This document shows positions 60,651 through 64,000 of a stretch of DNA of 64,000 bases, one piece after another. The stretch comes from Octopus bimaculoides (taxonomy: Eukaryota). Where the stretch lies: NCBI RefSeq assembly GCF_001194135.2, contig NC_068983.1:163088760-163152759 (forward strand), given 5' to 3'. Both the position numbers and the translations under genes were made by a program. The first letter of the stretch is position 1, and each line of letters starts with the position of its first letter. Below the pieces are notes generated by a model that ran no database searches, was not told the DNA's origin, and worked only from the letters and a program-made list of their open reading frames with translations.

Positions 60651-62754
60651 CAGATTACGAATAAACACAGACGAATAAACCAAGTTCTTCGTGGAAAATA
60701 GTAGATGAGATAAGTAAAAAGGCTGCATGGCAGGTATTAGAGAAGAGAAGTACAGTTTGTGATAGGGCTAATACAGACATGGAGGTAGATACACAGTATG
60801 GGCGCGACGGCAGACGGCATCAACAGTTGATGGTAAACCTATTGTGTAAAGTAAAGAACTATTTGGTGCGACTGGGTATCGATTTCTGCGTCATCATTTA
60901 AAATGTGGCGATAGTAAAGAATAGTAAAAGACAGAGAAACAGACATTTGAAATCAAGTACCTTTACCCAAACATCTTCACAAACAGAGCAAATTTTAATT
61001 TCAAGAATATAGCAACAATTTGGACAATTAGAATTTCTGATGTATGTTATTGATGACCCTAGACGTTCCTGAAATTGAGAGAATTTTAATAAATGCTAGC
61101 TTCTAATTTTGTGACTGTTAAGAAACTTCAGATTTTGTAAGAAAAAGCAGTGATATTTAATCCACAACTTCATTATACCTTCAGCAAATTTAGGAGGTGT
61201 ATGAGTTCCGGTTTATGATTAATTCTGATCCAGAAGAAATGTTAAAATAATGCTTGACATGAAATTTGAATGGTTGTATGAGTCATATGAGAATGAAACT
61301 CAGTTTTCTCAGCTCGCATATACAACCCTATGAGCTTCAAAATGCATTTCTTCAATAATCTGAAATTGTTCTTTACATACAGGGTTCGGCAAAGGACCAA
61401 CCACGTTTGACAGTTTAAGAAACGTTTTAAGAGTAAATGTATGATAACAATCCAAACAATGATGGCCACACAGAGAAAAAGAACTCACAAAGCATTAGTT
61501 TCATGTAGACATCAGTATCACCCGCCTAACTTTACTCCTTACCAATGAAGTATGTATCGATATAATATAACTCGCAGTATTACCCTTAACATTGCAAAAC
61601 GAAATGGTAATAACAGAACTTGAACATAACCCGATTATTGAGATTGTCATCATCTACGACTGAAGAGGACAGAAGCCGTTTAAAGGACATATTAAGTCTT
61701 TATCTAAAATTAATTAAATGATTTTGCAAGTTCCTGTTTGTCACAAGATATTTATATTAAAGTAATTAATTTCAATAATTTACTTTTTATTATATTTTAT
61801 ATAACGTGAAACAAGCTGAGTTATGACATTAAAATGAATGCAATAATTTTGAAGAATTATTAGTAGTAAGTATTATGTTATATAGTAAGTATTATGTTAT
61901 GTTTTAGCTTATATTCTCGAAGAATGAGATATAACGCCGCTTTTATAATTTCTTAAAAGTTGAAGAATATACAGTAAAACCGGACATCAAACTCTCTTTG
62001 AAAAAGCAACTCGAAAAGGACAAACCCCCTCTGATTCTCGTTGAAATACTCTGCTTTTGAAGTATAACAACGATTTCAGGATCTAACAGTAATCCTTTGT
62101 CTCTTATTTCGAAATTCGCAAGAATTTGTGATTTAGAAAGGAATCAAGTTTTACTATAAGGAGAGATGGAGCGATATAGGCATTATAAGATGCAACATTA
62201 ACCCCTGTTAGGTTACATACTTGATCTTCATATGAATCCAATTTCCTGACTACATTTTAATGTAACTGACAGCACCTCCAGAGATACATGGAAAGAGCCG
62301 GCATTTTATGAATCTAAAGCTTCACGAAAACTTCAGTTAAAACGTAATAATTAAATACAAGATTAATTTAATCTTTCTTCCAGCAACTTCGCCCGAAATT
62401 TCAACAATACAGATTTTTACACCCGAGAGGAATTTGTCAGTATTTCTCGCTTTAAATTACAACCGGACTCTGCAATGGGAATCTCGCTTATCCTTAATCC
62501 AATTGTGTCCTTTTATGATAGGATTCTACCATAGACTTGTCAATCGTGCAAAGCTGCAGGACTTAGTATTAATAGGGAAAGAAGTGGCTTTAAGGAATAT
62601 AATACAATACACTAACATCTCGGTAAATATCGTTAATAATACATATTAACCGACAGAGATTTTTGAAAATTCAGTCGTATATTTTCGGTATTTTACGTAT
62701 TTGAAGATAAGAATAACAAGCGGTATAAAACACTGAACTCAAAATATTGATTTC

Positions 62755-62940
62755 CAATTTTGGCACAAGGCCAGCGGTTTTATGGAAGGGGTTAATTAAT
62801 CCAATTAAATTGACACCAGTGTTCAAGTGGTACTTATTTTATCGATCCCGAAACATTGACAGGCAAAGTGGCATTTGAACTCAGAACACGAACACAGACA
62901 AAATGCCGCTAAGTATTTTGTCCGCCGTGCTAACTATTCA
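62755..62940 (-). mobile_element. SINE family B (degraded)
   Basis: ATTTGAACTCAGAAC...AAATGCCGCTAAG...CCGTGCTAAC. Confidence 0.78.
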
Positions 62941-63639
62941 GTTTAGGCTTTCCACCTTCGTTGAACTCAAAACAGTAGCAAACATGTCATATTCTTCAAG
63001 GAAGAAGGGAATCAGATGGCATAATGTTTGTCTCAGAAGTTTTAGTGACGGAAATAAAATACAAAACTCAAATCGATGTCTAGTCATGAATAGTGCTCTC
63101 TGAGAGGCAACGTCTGTTCTGTGGGTTTTGGTACTGTTTGACGCAAATAAAGTTTATAAATTTTTGTTTAGTTGACGCCGTGAGTCCTTTCTGACATTCT
63201 GTATAATTATTTACCCAGCAAATGTGTTTATCAACAACACCAAATCTTTTATGTGATTAGATTACCATGAAACATTGTAAGTTAATAAACGTGTTTAAAT
63301 TTGTGGAGAAGCTTTACAAATTATCGGTTTCAACCGCAGACATCTCTGAGAGCTATCGATCGAAATAGCGCAGAAGTCACGTATGATCTCTGAAAGTTAT
63401 CCACCAGTGTTGCATCCATCAAAACATTATTTAACATTAACAGTTAGCAACATGTCAATGCTAGCTTCGAATAGCTTGTATAGTTTGTTTCTACATTATA
63501 TATGATGAAATATTGATTACTGAAAAGGAATTAAAGAAAATACATAATCACCTTTTTCATAGATACCTAAGAACGAAATTTTGAATCGAAGACTGCGGCG
63601 AAAAGTCTTGAAATATTTGTGCTATACTTCTGGACACTA

Positions 63640-63855
63640 AAGCGAAGAGCTGGCAGTGTCGTTAGCACGGCGGGGTGAAGTGCTTAGCAGCATTTTGTCC
63701 GTCTTTACGTTCTTAGTTCAAATTCCATCGAGGTTGAATTTGCCTTTCATCCTTCCAGGGTCAATGGAATAAATACTAGTTGAGCACTGGGGTTGACTAT
63801 ATCGACTTACCGCTCCCCAAAATTGTTGGAGTTGTGTGCCAAAACTTGAATGCAA
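63640..63855 (+). mobile_element. SINE family B
   Basis: GAGCTGGCAG..TCGTTAGCACG...GTTCAAATTCC.TCGAGGT..TTTGCCTTTCATCC. Confidence 0.8.
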
Positions 63856-63921
63856 TATACTTCTAAACAGTAGAAAGTCTTCTGCTTAAACCAAAGTGGC
63901 ACAATGAAATACATAGAAAGC

Positions 63922-63924
<3 letters not shown>

Positions 63925-64000
<76 letters not shown>
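63925..64000. repeat. (GA)n microsatellite running off the window
   Basis: Seen directly. Confidence 0.97.

Overview
This is AT-rich, gap-riddled eukaryotic DNA made almost entirely of microsatellites and decayed transposable elements. The repeat families (tRNA-derived SINEs with internal microsatellites, R4/Dong-type retrotransposons) look like those of an octopod cephalopod genome, probably Octopus; this is an inference from recognised repeats, not a database result. I can support no intact host protein-coding gene, rRNA, functional tRNA or CRISPR array. Nearly all ORF-track entries are artefacts of N-gaps or of TA/CA/TAA/ACAT microsatellites. Recognisable coding remnants are all transposon-derived: an L1/Tx1-like ORF1, several R4/Dong RLE and RT fragments, a CRE-like RLE, a DD36E Tc1-like transposase and two DD41D-like (DUF4817-type) transposases. 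Non-coding elements include a mariner MITE, a pogo/Tigger-like MITE and a Helitron-like tandem. The most interesting signals are: (i) several minimal type-I hammerhead-ribozyme motifs with palindromic stem III, as in Penelope-like elements and retrozymes (18.9, 26.6, 31.5, 45.1 kb); (ii) a 113-bp-arm foldback whose loop is a hammerhead half-site (7.2-7.5 kb); (iii) a DD36E (Incomer-type) element in what appears to be a mollusc; and (iv) repeated nesting of elements into specific microsatellites. Coordinates of degraded elements are approximate to within tens of bases.
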